A DNA stretch of 64,000 nt from Anthoceros angustus (Eukaryota; Plantae; Anthocerotophyta), in the NCBI GenBank assembly GCA_010909165.1, contig MU008200.1, positions 124,001 through 188,000 on the forward strand. Direction: 5' to 3'. Below are positions 63,480 through 64,000 of this stretch, piece by piece. The position numbers and the translations under genes were made by a program. The first letter of the stretch is position 1; every line of letters starts with the position of its first letter. Below the pieces are notes generated by a model. That model did no database searches. It saw nothing but the letters and a program-made list of their open reading frames with translations, and was not told the DNA's origin.

Positions 63480-64000
63480 AAGGGTGAAGGATATTCCAGA
63501 CTGCATCTCAACTGGAGAAGGCGAGTTTGGAGGGCAAGGAGAGCGAGCACGAGAGGCAAGCCATCCGAGCCACAGCCACATGAGTGGTTAACAGCCGAGT
63601 TGAAGAGCAAATCAACGCCAGCTAAAGGAGTTGTTGGAGGCATCGCGACATGTGTTTGCTTTCACGCTATGGAGATGGGGAAGTACACCAAAGGGAAGTT
63701 CCATAGAATCGACTACCGGATGAACCAAAGGTTCAGAGGAGGCATGTGCTCGCAAGGCTGAGTGGATTTGGTTGAGAATCAATGCCAAGAGCTTCTCAAG
63801 CTAGGGCTGATTCGACGATCTAACTCGCAGACTAAATGCTGGCTGTTGCTTCCAAAAAGAAGGATGAAAATGGATTGTGGACGGAGAGGAGAATGTGTGG
63901 TGACTATCGGCCTTTGAATGAGCGAATCCCACATGACCACTATCCCATGCCGATGGTCGAAGAGATCTTTGACACCATTGGGTCTGCCAAGTTCTTCTCA
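63480..64000 (+). pseudogene. Third copy of DNMT-Gypsy linker + RT N-terminus (runs off the window)
   Basis: Near-identical to 48861-49390; KKKDENGLWTERRMCGDYRPLNERIPHDHYPMPMVEEIFD. Confidence 0.88.

Overview
Plant nuclear DNA with compact introns (land-plant-like; species cannot be fixed from sequence alone). Three host genes lie on the + strand: a single-exon LRR receptor-like kinase of the At2g24230/At5g58150 type with a degenerate kinase active site (11960-14578), a many-exon MOR1/XMAP215 gene (15837-28736) and THO1/HPR1 (~32845-37236). They are flanked by nested, frameshifted transposons: Ty3/Gypsy, Ty1/Copia, a CACTA end and a MULE relic. Main discovery: a Ty3/Gypsy family whose Pol carries a DNMT3-like C5-cytosine methyltransferase between the aspartic protease and the RT. 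Motifs I, IV, VI, VIII, IX and X are visible in two tandem copies at 40.5-44.0 kb (- strand), and the same family's linker+RT recurs at 48.9 kb and 63.5 kb. Second discovery: very long LTRs (TGTGGAA...CCACCACA; 3.0 kb at 5697-8728 and a 6.6 kb solo-LTR-like insert at 49875-56430) carry a protein-coding ORF inside the LTR, upstream of its TATA-like box; further ORF homologues lie at 44.6-47.8 kb. Many frameshifts in the repeats may be unpolished long-read errors, since no such frameshifts were seen in the host genes. All domain calls come from motif recognition by eye; no database search was run.
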